This document shows, piece by piece, positions 11,202 to 23,863 of a DNA stretch of 64,000 nt. Below the pieces are notes generated by a model. That model worked only from the letters and a program-made list of their open reading frames with translations, did not search any database and was not told where the DNA came from. How positions within the stretch are numbered: position 1 is the stretch's first letter; each line of letters starts with the position of its first letter. A program made the position numbers and the translations under genes. Source of the DNA: Amphiscolops sp. MND2022. Its lineage: Eukaryota. The stretch spans positions 30,070,001 to 30,134,000 of the forward strand of contig OZ076421.1 in the NCBI GenBank assembly GCA_964187785.1. The letters are read 5' to 3'.

Positions 11202-14200
11202 TTAGTATCTGTAAGTGTCAGAGTAGTTTGGGTTGGGGTTGGGACGTAAATTGTATTTTTCACCACGGGTATTTATGGGTTCTTCTTGCAATGGGGTATT
11301 TTGAGAATTTTCTGGGGTTTTTTGAATATCATCGTCAGATGAAATATTTGTGTCTTTTTGAGTTTTTTGGGTGTTATTATCATCATTTGATTGTTGTGAG
11401 ATTTCATCAGCATGATTTCCGTGATTTTGATCTGGTTCAGTGGTCTGATCCACTGGGCTCCCCCACTATTTTTTGAAGATACTGGGGAGGGTGGGCGGCT
11501 ATTGTCGGGTATTTGAATTGGGACATATTCGGTATCCTCAGTATTGTGTATTGCATCTGAGGAAATGTCATCAAATGGATTTGCTCCAAAATTCGTGTTC
11601 CATGATTGGGCATATAGATCATCATTTGCTATAGTCATTTGATCATCTTTTTGCCAGTCGGTTTCGCGAACAAAAATGTCTGCTAAAGGGGCCTGCGGTG
11701 TGAATTTCCGCAAACGAATTTGATGTAGTAGTTGGGTTTTATTTGTGCCAAGTCTCCTCACAATGTAGTTATTGTTAGGGAGCACTTTTTCAACTTTATA
11801 AGGTCCACACCATCTGAATTCTCGGAATGGTATTTTCGTTGCTTGTGTATCGGCTTTTGGATTAAGAATATAGCAGTAATCTGTTGTCTCCAACGGGGCT
11901 GCTTTTGCTTTTCTATCGTAGTAGGCCTTGTATTTAAGGTAAGATTGCATGATATTCTTTTTAGTTTGGTCTAAAAGTGTTCTCATGCGCTTTTGAATTT
12001 CTTCTGCAATGTCAGTTTGTGGTTGATACCTCGGATTTGGATTGTATCCAAGTTTGTAGTCAAGGATATTGTGTGGTATGCGGCCATGGAAAACTCGTGA
12101 GGGTTCACAACCGAGTGATGCATGGTATGTTGTGTTATGATTAAGGACTGCTAGAGGAAGATATTTGTGCCAGTTGTTCCTGAATTCGCCTGTGGCGGCT
12201 TTGAGGTGTGTTTTAACTGAGGCATGGGTTCTTTCTAAGAGTCCTATGGTTTGTGCTTGTTTCATTGTGGCATGTTTCATTTCGATTCCAAGCACTGCCG
12301 CAATTTCATGAGTGACTTGTGCGTTGAATTGAGTGCCTAGATCCGTGATTATAGTTGTTGGAAGGTAGGTGTGTTTGCATAAGATATCCATTATGACTTT
12401 TGAAACTGCTGTTGCGGTAATTCGAGTCACAGGATAGGCAAACAAATACCTTGAGAAGACATCTATTGCTGTGATGATGTGATCGTAGCCTCCGCTTGGG
12501 GGGAGGTTTGGCAAAATATCCATCTGTAAGATGTCTTCCGGTCCAAGGTCCCATTCGGGACAATTAAGGAGTTCGGTTCTGAGGAGATCATTGTTGATAC
12601 GTTTTGTTTGTATACAAATCTGACAATTACTGACCCATTTCTTTATGTATTTGGCCATACATGGGTAGTAATATTTTTGACGTGTTTCTTGAATCATCTT
12701 GGTAATTCCTGGATGGTTTGAGTTATGTCCATGGAGGGCTTGAAGTAGTTCTTCAAGAAGTTGGATTGGTAAGAGGATTTGATAATGCGAGATCATTCCT
12801 GTGTCCGTATAGTATTTTCGTGTGAGAACTTCGTGTTTAATCTCGATTCGTGTTATGTTTTGTAAGTAGTGTTGATATCTGAAATCGGAAGCTAATTCAT
12901 TTTCATCAAACGGTTCGCCTTCTATTTTGGCTCTCAGGTTTGGAAGGACTATGTCATTGTTCTGTTCAAGGCGTATCCTCGCATTGTCCTTGAAGTGTCC
13001 AGAGGAGCAGGAGATCAATCCGGATGTAGGTTTGTGAAATTGCTGTAATTAAGAGACGTCGTTCTCTGGGTCGTTGTGACTTTCGTTTTGTGCTTGATTG
13101 CGAGTGTTTTGTTTTTCTTCCCAAAGTTGATTTTCATCAATTTCTTCATCAGGAAGGATGTAAATTTGTTCTTCTTCGACAATTCCAGTTGATTGTATAT
13201 TCACTTCAATTGCTTTTGTGTGAATATCGTTGCGAATTGTCATTTCGAGCTTCTCGGTTGGGTTAACTTCGGTTCTAGATAAAAAATCGGCGGCTGTGTT
13301 CATCGATCCAGCTACATGGGCGATTACAAAATTGTATTGTAATACATAATCGCATGCATTCCAAAGCGCTGGAGGAATCATTTTCGTTTGAAAAAACCGG
13401 GTTACAGACCGATTATCCGTGAACACGATGACAGGGAAGGTACTCCCCCACATGAGGTGTCCAAACTCTACGAATGCAAAATATATTGAGAGGAATTCTT
13501 TTGCATAGATTGACATTTTCGTTTGTGTTGGATTGAACGTTTTTGATCCAAACGCAATGGGTGCGTAGGTTTTTCGTTTGGATTGAAGCTTCTGATTGGG
13601 ATCGTCTTCAATCATGATGGCATATCCTGCAGCTGTGAAGCTTGCATCGGACATGACTATGAGTTGTTTGTCTTTCAAGGGTTGTTTCAACGCGAGTTGG
13701 CAAGAATTTTCCAAAAGTTGATTGAGGTTTGTAAAGTCTTCGACCAAGTTTGTAGGGACATAAAATTTGGAGGTTTCTTTGAGGAGTTTGAAAAACGGGG
13801 TGAGTCGTTCTGAAAGGCGGGGTATATAGTTTCGGTAATAATTCAAGAATCCGATATACCTTTGCAGTGCTTTTTTAGATTTTGGGAATTTGAGTTTTGC
13901 TAAAAAATCTTTCACTTTGTCGGCTTGAGGGGCAACTCCATCTGGTGTGATTGTGCGTCCCAAAAAGTCGACTTGTTTAACGCCGAAATGGCATTTCGGC
14001 ATGGAGAGTTTCAGTCCTGCATTCCGGATGCATTCAAAAACAGTTTTGATGTTTATACACAATTGTTTTGTGTCGTTTGCTGCTATGCCGATATCATCGA
14101 CATATTGGGCACATTGATCTGCTTTAATTGCTCTGTCTAGGTATTCTCTCATGAATATGAATATAATAATTCTCTCTTGAGCAAATATTGGGCTTGCATA

Positions 14201-15823
14201 TTTAGAAAATGGTAAGGTTGTAATTATACCATATTTATGTAGAAGCGCAAGTTCTACTGTGATGTCATCTTTGAGGTTAATGGGAGTTGGCAGACTTTGG
14301 CTATATGCTGGTCTGTCATCATTTGGCGTTAGTTGCACTTTGAATTCACGATTTATCCCAATATCAAAACGGTGTCTGGCGAAAATATCGTGAAATTCGA
14401 CGAGAATTTCCTCGATTTCGCGTCGTTCGTCGATGCTGAGTGTGGTGTCAGTCCAATCAAATTTTGAGAGGAAGGTTGTCCTGGATAATTCGTTATCATG
14501 TGGGTTTAGTTTTTCGAGCTCTTTTAATTTAAGTAGTTCGTTGTAGATACGCTGTTGTATTGGAGTGTATGTTGCGGGATCGCCTTGTTCTTCTGGGGTT
14601 GGGAACCAGTACGATTCTTGTTCAGAGTTTGATTGTGGTACTTTGAGGAGTTCATTAATGTAGACTTCTGTGGTTTCGTCATGTTGTATCATAAACGATA
14701 GCACTGCTGGGTCTACTGGTTGAATGTGTTTGATTTGTTCTGGGGTAAGAATTTTGAAATCCGCTAAATGGGTGTCAAGGGTTATTGTATATGGCAATTC
14801 CGAAAAATTGATTATTTGATAGCCGATAGCATTATTATTGACTGTGCTAAGTGATGCTGTAATAAAAATACTATCATGGTTTTCGAATTGTTGTGATGGG
14901 GTGACTATTCCGGTTGCGTTATGGTCCATCAGATGGGGCATTTTGCTTGCTATGGCGAGTGTTTCGCCTGGCCGGAGAGTGTAGGTATTTTCTGCAAACA
15001 ATGGTGTTGCTTGCCGTATTGCTGTTTGGGTGTCGGGTTTGAGCTGCATTGAGAGGTAAGGAAAGGTTAAGATGCCTTGTGTGACATCGAAAATGGCGTT
15101 GTTCCGACGAAGGAAACACAATCCAATGAGTGGGTTTGGTAGGGTTTTCATAATTATGAAGTTTTCCTTTAACATGAAGTCTGCGACTTCGAATTCTAGT
15201 AGTACGGTACCAATGAGAACTTCTAATTGTCCGTTTGCCACCATAATTTGGAAATTCGGTGGAGGACCAGTTTCTTTGATTGCTTCGTTTGCAAGCAATT
15301 TGATTTTGTTGAGGTCTTGTTCGGAGATTGCACTTGTAAGGGCTCCGGTATCAATAAGACCATCAAGTGTGAGTTTTTCGAAGTCCATTGGAATGTAGTA
15401 CATGTGTCGTTTTCGCTTCAATGTCAAGGATGTTGAAATTGGTAAATATGACAAGTTTCGTTCTTTGTCAAATTGTAGGTGTTCGGCTAGGTCTTCATTT
15501 AGAAGAGGTTGTTTTGTATCACTGCAAGAAGTTTTTATTGTGACATGGTTTTTAATAGGGGAATCGTGGTGAATGTTGGAGTTTGGTTCAGTTTCGGGGT
15601 GTGTTGGTGGTTTGGTGAAGTAGTTATCTGGTGCATCGGCTAGAAGTTCGTATAAATCTTCTGAGTGGTTATCAGTTAGTTTCTGTTGAGAGGTTTGTGG
15701 TGTTAGTTCAGGTTGTGCGATTATTGTTTTTGTAAGTTTTGGGCTCAACTGATGCTGCCAGTCATCAGACGAGTTGGGTTTTTGTGGAGATTCTGTGTAA
15801 AGGCGTGGCGTTTCTAGTTTAAA
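11202..15823 (-). pseudogene. pol: pol (protease, RT, RNase H, integrase), disrupted
   Basis: LIDTGA protease, YVDD RT, DAS...YAKE RNase H, HHCC zinc finger and DDE integrase. Lesions: in-frame RT deletion near 14165, TAA at 13049-13051 in frame with the integrase ORF, frameshift near 11460; the likely true C-terminus is YNLRPNPNPNYSDTYRY. Confidence 0.95.
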
Positions 15824-17499
15824 TCCTTCGATGAGGATTGTTGTGTTCGTTCCATTTTTGGTTTGATTGGTTTTTTGGCTTGTTTATACTCTTCAATGAC
15901 TTTTTTCTGTGCTTCAGTCAGATTCCATTTGGGCGGACGGTTTTCCATATTGGCCCCGAAATAACAGTTTTCTTCGTCATGCCCGGGTGTGTTGCAAGTT
16001 TGGCATTTTTCAGCGTCCGGGTCTGCTTCAAGTTTGCGGCGTTTAGCAAGTTTAGGGCAATCGGCCATCATATGTCCTGTCTCCTTGCAGTAACGGCATT
16101 GGTCATTCTTGAGGGTTTTGTCGGGTACAGTTTTAGGGTTTTGTTTTTTGGTTTTGTCATTTTGTTTTTTGTTAGTTTTTTCGGTGGTGTCCTCTTTTTT
16201 AGTAGCGGTCATTTGGGTTTTGACGAGTGGTTCGTCTGCCTCGAGACCGTTGAGTTCCATTTCTCGTTCAAGGTGTTTAACTATTTGTTCATAGGTGCCA
16301 TTCTCAAGATAAGCTTGATTAATGGACTTTTTGAGGTGGGGAGGCATTTTTGCATAGAGTAAATTCTCTATCATATGGTGTGCATTTTCCCCAAATGCTT
16401 TTTCGGCGCTTTCTTGGAGTTCTTCTAAGAAATCCGGGAGTTTCTGATTTTCGGGGTCAAATGAGAGTCTGTTGAATCTGTGTTTCGCAGAGGCACTGGA
16501 CTCTGGTTTGACATATTTTCTTCGAAAGACCTTTAGGATATCTTCTAAGGTCGTCGTTGGGGTTCTTTGGATGTTTTTGAATGTTTTAAGTGCCAAACCC
16601 CTGAGATGGGCGTGAAAGTGGTTAATTTTCATGTCTTCTGTTAGGTTTGGTTGCATTCGAAGTGTTGTGTGGAACAAGTCTTCGAAGTATTCAAATTTTT
16701 CATTTTTGTCGTTTTTTCCATTAAAAGTAAGCGTATTTTTGGGATGAAACAGTGATTGTGGTGAATTTTTGTTTGCCAATTTCTCTATGGCAAGTGCGAT
16801 CTGATTAACTGGGTCGAGTGGTTTTGTTGTCAAATTTGACAAATTGTGGTTTGCGTGGGATCCAATTGTGTCATTTAAAGGGTTTTGTGAACTCTGCCTA
16901 TGGAGTTTTCGGTTGGCTCCTGTCACCATGTGATAATCCTCCTCATCAGAGTCTTCGTTTGAAACTAATGTTTCATCTAGTTCAAATCTATTCTGACAAA
17001 ATGGTTTTGCAGGTTCCTTCAGTTCATGCATGTCTGATGCTCTGACGGAATGATTATCCTCGTTTTCAGAATCAAAACTATCATTTCCTGATGCGCGAAC
17101 TCCTGTAGGTCTATATGACTTGGATCCCGATGGTTGTGGATCTAAGTTCTCTATGTTTTCTGATCTTGGATTTGTTACTGTTGAGATGCTCTTGCTTGAT
17201 CTTATCTCTTTTAGAATTGTGTCTAAATTATTCTCCATTTCTTCTCTCATCTTTTCAATCCTGTCATTGGTTTTCTGCTCTATAATCTGGCTCCATGCTT
17301 GAATTTCGTTGTTACTAGTGCTAGGTTCAGTTAATTGGCTTCCTGAGGGATTCGCACCTAAACTTTCTTGAACAACGTTATCAAAATTAAGCAAAGTCCC
17401 ATTACCTGAATTAAGGGTTTCTGATTGAGTTACTTCTGCTTCTCTATGAGGGGACGGTGTCTCAAACCTCTTTGATCTCCGGGTTCTCTTATTTCCCAT
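15814..17499 (-). CDS. gag: gag, 561 aa, two CCHC zinc knuckles
   Basis: Capsid-like region FEYFEDLF...HAHLRGLA; knuckles CRYCKETGHMMADC and CQTCNTPGHDEENC. Confidence 0.93.
   Translation of the reverse strand: MGNKRTRRSKRFETPSPHREAEVTQSETLNSGNGTLLNFDNVVQESLGANPSGSQLTEPSTSNNEIQAWSQIIEQKTNDRIEKMREEMENNLDTILKEIRSSKSISTVTNPRSENIENLDPQPSGSKSYRPTGVRASGNDSFDSENEDNHSVRASDMHELKEPAKPFCQNRFELDETLVSNEDSDEEDYHMVTGANRKLHRQSSQNPLNDTIGSHANHNLSNLTTKPLDPVNQIALAIEKLANKNSPQSLFHPKNTLTFNGKNDKNEKFEYFEDLFHTTLRMQPNLTEDMKINHFHAHLRGLALKTFKNIQRTPTTTLEDILKVFRRKYVKPESSASAKHRFNRLSFDPENQKLPDFLEELQESAEKAFGENAHHMIENLLYAKMPPHLKKSINQAYLENGTYEQIVKHLEREMELNGLEADEPLVKTQMTATKKEDTTEKTNKKQNDKTKKQNPKTVPDKTLKNDQCRYCKETGHMMADCPKLAKRRKLEADPDAEKCQTCNTPGHDEENCYFGANMENRPPKWNLTEAQKKVIEEYKQAKKPIKPKMERTQQSSSKDLN
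15817..15823 (-). promoter_or_regulatory. -1 ribosomal frameshift slippery site U UUA AAC
   Basis: Last gag codons are GAT TTA AAC TAG; the -1 frame is open (FKLETPRLY...HQLSPK) into the pol ORF. Confidence 0.85.
16915..16928 (-). promoter_or_regulatory. Primer binding site TGGTGACAGGAGCC
   Basis: Begins with TGG immediately after the 5' LTR terminal CA. The primer tRNA is not securely identified (possibly Leu). Confidence 0.85.
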
Positions 17500-18621
17500 T
17501 TTCGCTCAAGTGAAAATTGTATTTGGCTTTTTAGGAAAGAATTTGAATTGAACCAAAGTGTTTCAGATCCAAAACAAATGTTTAGAAACAGCAATTATTT
17601 GGAGAAAAGTTGTACAATGATCTTGGAAAGGTAGGTTTAGCAACTGATTGTGATGAGGGTTTTTAAAGAGAATGACTTTATCAAATATTACAGCTCTATT
17701 TTGGAAAATATTGGGACCATGACATCCCTTTTTAGAGGAATCATCCAAGGAATTTTTACCAAAATAGCATTACATCAGCAAACGTCATTCTATTTATATC
17801 ACAATTGCACTCGTTGAAACGCGCTCCCGAAGTTCCTAAGGGACCCTAGAAAATTCTATACAGGACCGAAAAGCCGTTATGTAAAATATATTTTATGGAT
17901 TGTAAAGTTACAATAATGACACTCCTTTTCTTACTGCGATCGCGTTGTGACGAGTACGCGATACCGTCCAATCCGCTGATTACCGCATAAGAAAACACAC
18001 GTATAAAAACGAGTATGCAGAAGACAAACAACTGTCATATACTGCATAGTGAAACAGCAAAATATGTATAGTAATGAGTATACTTCTTTTATCAAAACGC
18101 GGGATGCCGCGTAGTAAGATGACGAATACACTTCACTTGTAGAGACGCGGGATGCCGCATAGTGTTAATCCGCATAATGCTAAGTACTCATCATACGATG
18201 TACCGCATGTTTCCGCATAACTTAATGCTCAGTTATCGCATAATTGCGATTATAATGTAATCCTTGCACTGTATAATTGCGCGTAGTGAATGGTAAAAAA
18301 TCATCCGATTTCATCAAACTCAGAAGATGTAGTGTAATTATGTAACAAATTAGTCACTGATTTGGATTCTGGGGTGGGAAATTAGTGTTCATTCATGGTC
18401 TGGGTTCACAATGGTGTACAAATCAAATTCATTCCTCAAGTATGTTTCTAAAAAACTTACATGACTTCATCAATTAACAAAATGAGCAATTCATCATTGT
18501 CACAAATGTTTTCATAAGTTTTCATGGGTAGAGAAGTTTTGTATAGTGGGGTGAAGTTCGCTATCGTTCTTATTCTCTCATCGGTGCACTCCGGTTCCAG
18601 CGCAGCTGTCGGGCTGCGACA
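16929..18621 (-). repeat. 5' LTR (1693 bp)
   Basis: Paired with 2445-4138; followed on the plus strand by the TSD TGTCT. Confidence 0.96.
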
Positions 18622-19801
18622 TGTCTCTAGTTTTGCTTTGATGGTCAGTCGGGTCCTTATGAAAAGGAAATGCTTTGAGAACCTAATAAAGTTCATTCTT
18701 TCATGCCTTACAATAATTTCATGAAAAAGTTTTCCGATTTTCAGGAACTTTTCGAACAAAATTGAAATCGAATGAGCGTAATAGGTTCAAAAGTTGGCGA
18801 GACTCAAAAGAGACTATAAGTTACTCTTGTTTAGTTTTAGTGAACTTTTGGTTCGCGTTAATAGTGTGACCCTGATCGAAAACGTTTCGTGAGAAGTAAA
18901 TCACAGGACAGACTTCGATGAAAACTTTGTTGTTTGGCGCAGTGAAGAATTAAGCAATGGCCTATAAACCAACACCAGAGGGTATCGATACAGAGAAACA
19001 TTTTGTCACACATCCTGCAGTGGGAAGTCTTATTTAGTTACAATAACCAGCGAGAAAAAACCGTTTCTGTTGCTCTGAGGACGGTTTCTTCAATCGTTTC
19101 GATAAAATTATGAATGTATTTGTACTTTTTCCTTCAAAAACTTATCTTGCTAGCACGTTCTGAATTACTGGATAAAATTAGTAATTATTTGAGGCTGAGC
19201 ACAGAACTATCTACAAAACAGTCGATGTACCATCCAATATTAGATGTTTTCATCAAAGAAATCTTCGACAATGTCTAAACAAATGTTTGGCGTCCTCTTG
19301 CAAACAAATATTTTGCAGTTTGCCTCCTCCACGATTGGTACAAGTCATTTTTTTTTCAGTGCAAGTGCACTTTCTTCGAATATTCATCACTAATTTTCCC
19401 AGAGCAGTCGTGAGGCATCGGAAAGCAAATTCCCAGATTGAAATTAAAATACAAATTTTATTTTTCAGTTTTATTTTTTAGCCCTTTTTTCCATATTTAT
19501 GCGTTATACAAAAGACGGCAAGAACCCTTGAGGCTGTTGTAATGAACTTCTAACGCTGTTTAAAGTATAAACAACTTTTCCAAACGTTTTAATGAATTGT
19601 TCATTTTGCCGAACGCGGATTTAATAACAGAAAAACTTGATTAAATTCACAATCAACAAACAAGAAAAGGTTCTGAAAACATAATTAACTCAGCAATCAT
19701 GTTGAAATACGTGTTCGAAGAATTTCATATTAAGATCTTAATGTGCAAAAAATGAGAGTGGTTGAATGATTACAAAAGCGACAAGGCTCAGTGGCACTGA
19801 C

Positions 19802-21349
19802 CTCTTCTTGTATACCGGTCATCCCTTCCCAGTCTCTCCAATCGACTGATGGGGGTACATAACTTTCACTGTTCACCATCGCTGGTTGAATTCCTGGAAA
19901 AGGAATCAATGTAATATAGCAAATGGTATACCATAGTACAGCAGTAGTTTTTTCCTCATTGTTTTCTTGAAAGTTTTCTTATTCTGAAGCCCAATACGGC
20001 TTTAAATGTTCATGAATGATTTTTTCATTTATGACAGCGTAAATTCCAGCCAAGGTCATTCATGAAGTTCTACGCCTTGTAACGTAAATCTTGTGCATGC
20101 AAGACGCTGATGGTTCGACAAAATCCTAGGGTTGAAACATTGGAAATGGTATACCAAAAGTATCATTCAGGCGGAAAAAGACATTTTTCAAGGCATCTTT
20201 TGTAAACACTCTCAAGTTGTATGTCTGCGTGTTCGTTGCATGTTCAAACCAGTCCAATCAAAATTACCGAGATCTCTGCAAAAGTTGACAAAAACGAAAC
20301 CTTGTCGTTAATCAGTCTATTCCTACAACCATACGGTAAAGCGAGTTAGATTATCAAGCTTGGTGAAGTACTGAGAAACTCATCTAAGCTTTCATTTTCG
20401 ATGTCATAACCCTGTCGAGGTTTTGTATATTTGAAGAAAACTAACTTTCGTGATCAAAGTTCGGGTACGTCATCGTAAGTTGAGCTAAGACTCTCGCAGC
20501 TTTTCTATCTGCGAACCAGTTTAACTGCTTCTTGTAAAGAAATCCCCCTTGTGAGTAGCGATAATTGTGGTCAGCAATCTAGAAAACATAAACCGAATAT
20601 TCTTTGTTCACGCTTTTGTTGGTGGAAAAAAATACATTTGCTGAAAATATGTAATGTAACGAAAAACTGTTCAGTTGCTCATATGATTCGTTTTCCAAAA
20701 ATGTTTTGATTTGGTTATGGAAAATGATTTCACAGCTCATTTCAAACTTTTTGAGTTTCACGCCATCGCCGTTGGGAATGGATTTGTGGCCCAAAATTAG
20801 ATGTTCCAAAACAACAAAGTGAATTCAAGTAAAATGGCATCAGCGTACTTAATTGCTTCAAGCTTATCCGGATTCAACGCCACATGCGATTCCATGCAAT
20901 TCCATACGATAATTTCATGCCGTTTCCATGCATGGAATCGCATGGAAATACATGGTGCCCAGGGCATCAACCTTCAAAAAAAATCACATAGGGTACGTAA
21001 AATCTGATTCAGCTTCACAAATATAGAACGCAAGGGAATGGAAAGTAATAAAAAAGATATATCCAAATAATCCTGTCTTTCTGTAGTGTCATGCTAGGAA
21101 ACGTTCTCTTACCAATTCCATATTTTCTCTCCACGAAGCATAGGCTCTCCTTGCAACTGAGAAGCGATAAAAAATCTTGTTGTGGGCCAGTTTCCATTGC
21201 AGCCATAACTCATCGGCTGCCATCATTTCCCAGAGTTTCCTGCTGGATTTGGGTAACGCTGGTCCGGTAGAAAGAACGTGAAGCCATGAAAATTGAATAA
21301 CCAGTAAGAGAGAAATGAGTCGAATCTGTGCACGATAGAAAATTACCAT
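19802..21349 (-). CDS. Cathepsin L-like (papain C1A) protease, exons 1-3 only: 21349-21113, 20578-20446, 19893-19802
   Basis: Phase-compatible GT-AG joins give a hydrophobic leader, an I29-type prodomain (LWLQWKLAHNK...WRENMEL-IADHNYRY...LNWFAD) and the mature N-terminus PPSVDWR. Catalytic exons were not found in the window. Confidence 0.75.
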
Positions 21350-23863
21350 GTTGGATCTGTTCGATATTAGATGTTGATTGGAATGCCTATTTTCATTTTG
21401 CTTTCATTACTAAAAACGATATACTTCATTTTAATTGAATAATATTCTTATCTAATCATGACAAGCAGGATTCCAATTGAATCCTGCGTACAGTTATGTC
21501 CATTTGATAGCCTTTTCCATATATTTAAAGAGGACTGATTTCGAAAATTTGGATAATATACGAGCGAGATGAATTTGGTTGCTCAAGGATGACTGTTTGT
21601 TGCGTTTTATGGGCCAAAGTTTCATGAGGAACTTAGGGCTTTTGCTTTTTCTAGTAGACGCCGCATCATCGATCAAATTTGATATTTGAAACAAGTTTGA
21701 TTGATTAATTTTTTTGCAACTATTTTGGTTACAACAGATATGTAGAAATGAAACAATTTATAAATTTTTGAACTCTTTTGTTTTGAAAAAAAATTACAAT
21801 ATTTGATGAAATCTTGTTGTTTGAGCAAAATAAAGAAACAAGATTGGTCAATTAAGCAAAAGGGCAAAAGGCTCAATTCTGAAGCTGAGGAAAATCTGCA
21901 GAGCTGTTCAACTCATAATAGCAGTACAATGCTTTTGATACACGATATTCCGATGATCTTTATTGGCTCAGGCAAAACTTTGAATAGTCCAGTTGGTCAT
22001 CAAAATACCGTGACAAAAATTATAAACTTCTTTCAATACGAGGCAACATTTCAGCAAAAGGCATGATTAAGGCTTGCGTTTTTCGAACTCCAACTTGGAG
22101 TGACTTAGAGCGTCAATTAGTTCGTTTTTGAAATAACGGTTTCAATTTTCAATCTTCTTAAACATCGCTCCAGTTTTGATTTCTGTTTCCAACTTTTGGC
22201 CACAAAACAAATGTGGCGTTTTATAAATTACGTTATTCTTTTTGAATTCTCTTGGTGACTTCTGGAGTGTTTACTCACTCGATTTTCGTCTGGTTCGAAC
22301 TGAAAAGTGTGTTTTTGCTATTAGACAGAAAATTTACGGAAAATTTCGATTTCGAATTGCCGAAAAATGGAGAAAAGTTATTTCTCAATTGTAATCTATG
22401 GCAGAAAATGAATCAAACGGTATCAAAGTGGAATCAAAAACGGGCTTCAAGAAATTTGTCCGTATTTGCGTCGAGCCCAAAGGTGCCTAAACAAAATGGG
22501 AGCCCAAAATTGACTTGTTATTAGGGTCAATAGTGAATGAGGATCTCTTTTGTGAAAAATCGTTGGAACTTGCTGCATGTTTTTTAAGTGGCAATTTAAC
22601 TTTTGATGGAGGGTGACGACAATTTGAGAGCCGATGATTAGTCAAATGCTACTTTTGATGAAAAGACCACACAATCTGTGACGGGTTGCTCAATAATACA
22701 TTCAGACCTAACGTTGATGCGCAAATCTATGCGGAGCTTTTGCAACCACAACACGTAAAATGAAAGTGTCAAACCTCCAACTACCAAGTTTACCCGACTA
22801 AAAACCTGAGTGGACGTCAATTACCAATCTATTTAGGGCGTCTGTAGATTAAAGCACAACTCACTACTCAAAAAATCTGATCTACTTCGGAGCGCGTGTC
22901 AAAGGCGATGAGACGCTGCGGAGCTAGTGGGTTTGCTCTTGATGACTGTCGCCGAATATGATATTTTCAAGAAAGGTACGAAAACAATCACTGCATTGTG
23001 CATGCACGTTTAAGAAAAAGAAATGTCTCTATCAAATATGAATTCCGAGTATAGATTCAGGTAGCGCAAAACATTAAAGACAACGAAGAAGCATTTGGGA
23101 GCCCTGGAAATCTTGGGTGAGCCCACAGGCGCGTAGGACTCCATGCTGATTATGATTGTCTGGATTGAAGACAAATTGAACAAATATTCGAAAAACAATA
23201 GCCATTACCCTATCGAGATCTTCTTGAATGACATGTTATCATGATATTTATAGACTTCAGGAAGCAGAGATGGGTGGTTTTACGTAAAAATTTCAAGTTC
23301 GTTGAGTAACAAGTCAATCATAACATGATTCTAGGATTCAGTCTGACTGAACAATGAACCTTTATATCGAACTGTGCTCTTAATCCCACGAACATCATGC
23401 TTTTCCGCAGTTTGGATGAACATGTCTACACAATCGTGTTTCAATTGCTTGCAAGCGTCAACGGTGTGAGTGCTTGGAAATCTAGATAACCTTCACGTGT
23501 GTAAATTGAAGCACCGCACTCTTTTATAGACGTGTTTCACTACGTGACAATACTGCGATCCAATGTCGATCTTTGCACTACTGGACTCCGGCGCTCAAGC
23601 CACTTTTATGGCTCAGGCATGTGTAGTTGTTCTCACGGCGCAACTTTGGATCACGCTACGATGAATTTATCTATACCAGGTCAAAGTTCGATGCAAATGT
23701 CAACACTTGTGAACACTAGTCAGCAGGAAAGGCAAGCAGGGCCGATCCAAGTCGAAGAAATCTCGCATAATGACCCAACGATCCGGTTAGGCATCTCATT
23801 GCTTTATTTAGCGAGTGATTCTAGAGGGATACAATTCCCCTGACTGCTTAGTTAGACAAAGTA

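Larger units (their letters stand above)
2445..18621 (-). mobile_element. Full-length Ty3/gypsy LTR retrotransposon, 16.2 kb
   Basis: Direct repeats at 2445-4138 and 16929-18621, both TGT...ACA. TSD TGTCT at 2440-2444 and 18622-18626. PBS, PPT, gag and PR-RT-RH-IN in gypsy order. Confidence 0.97.

Noticed and set aside
19770-19805. Frameshifted GQC..*ALS reading after cathepsin exon 3 as a decayed catalytic motif
   Set aside because: It needs an indel, a deletion and a stop; the GTCAGT donor explains the same bases more simply.
22900-23500. Possible small minus-strand exons (FPSTHTVDAC... and DNHNQHG...)
   Set aside because: Plausible splice sites, but no start codon, homology or additional support.
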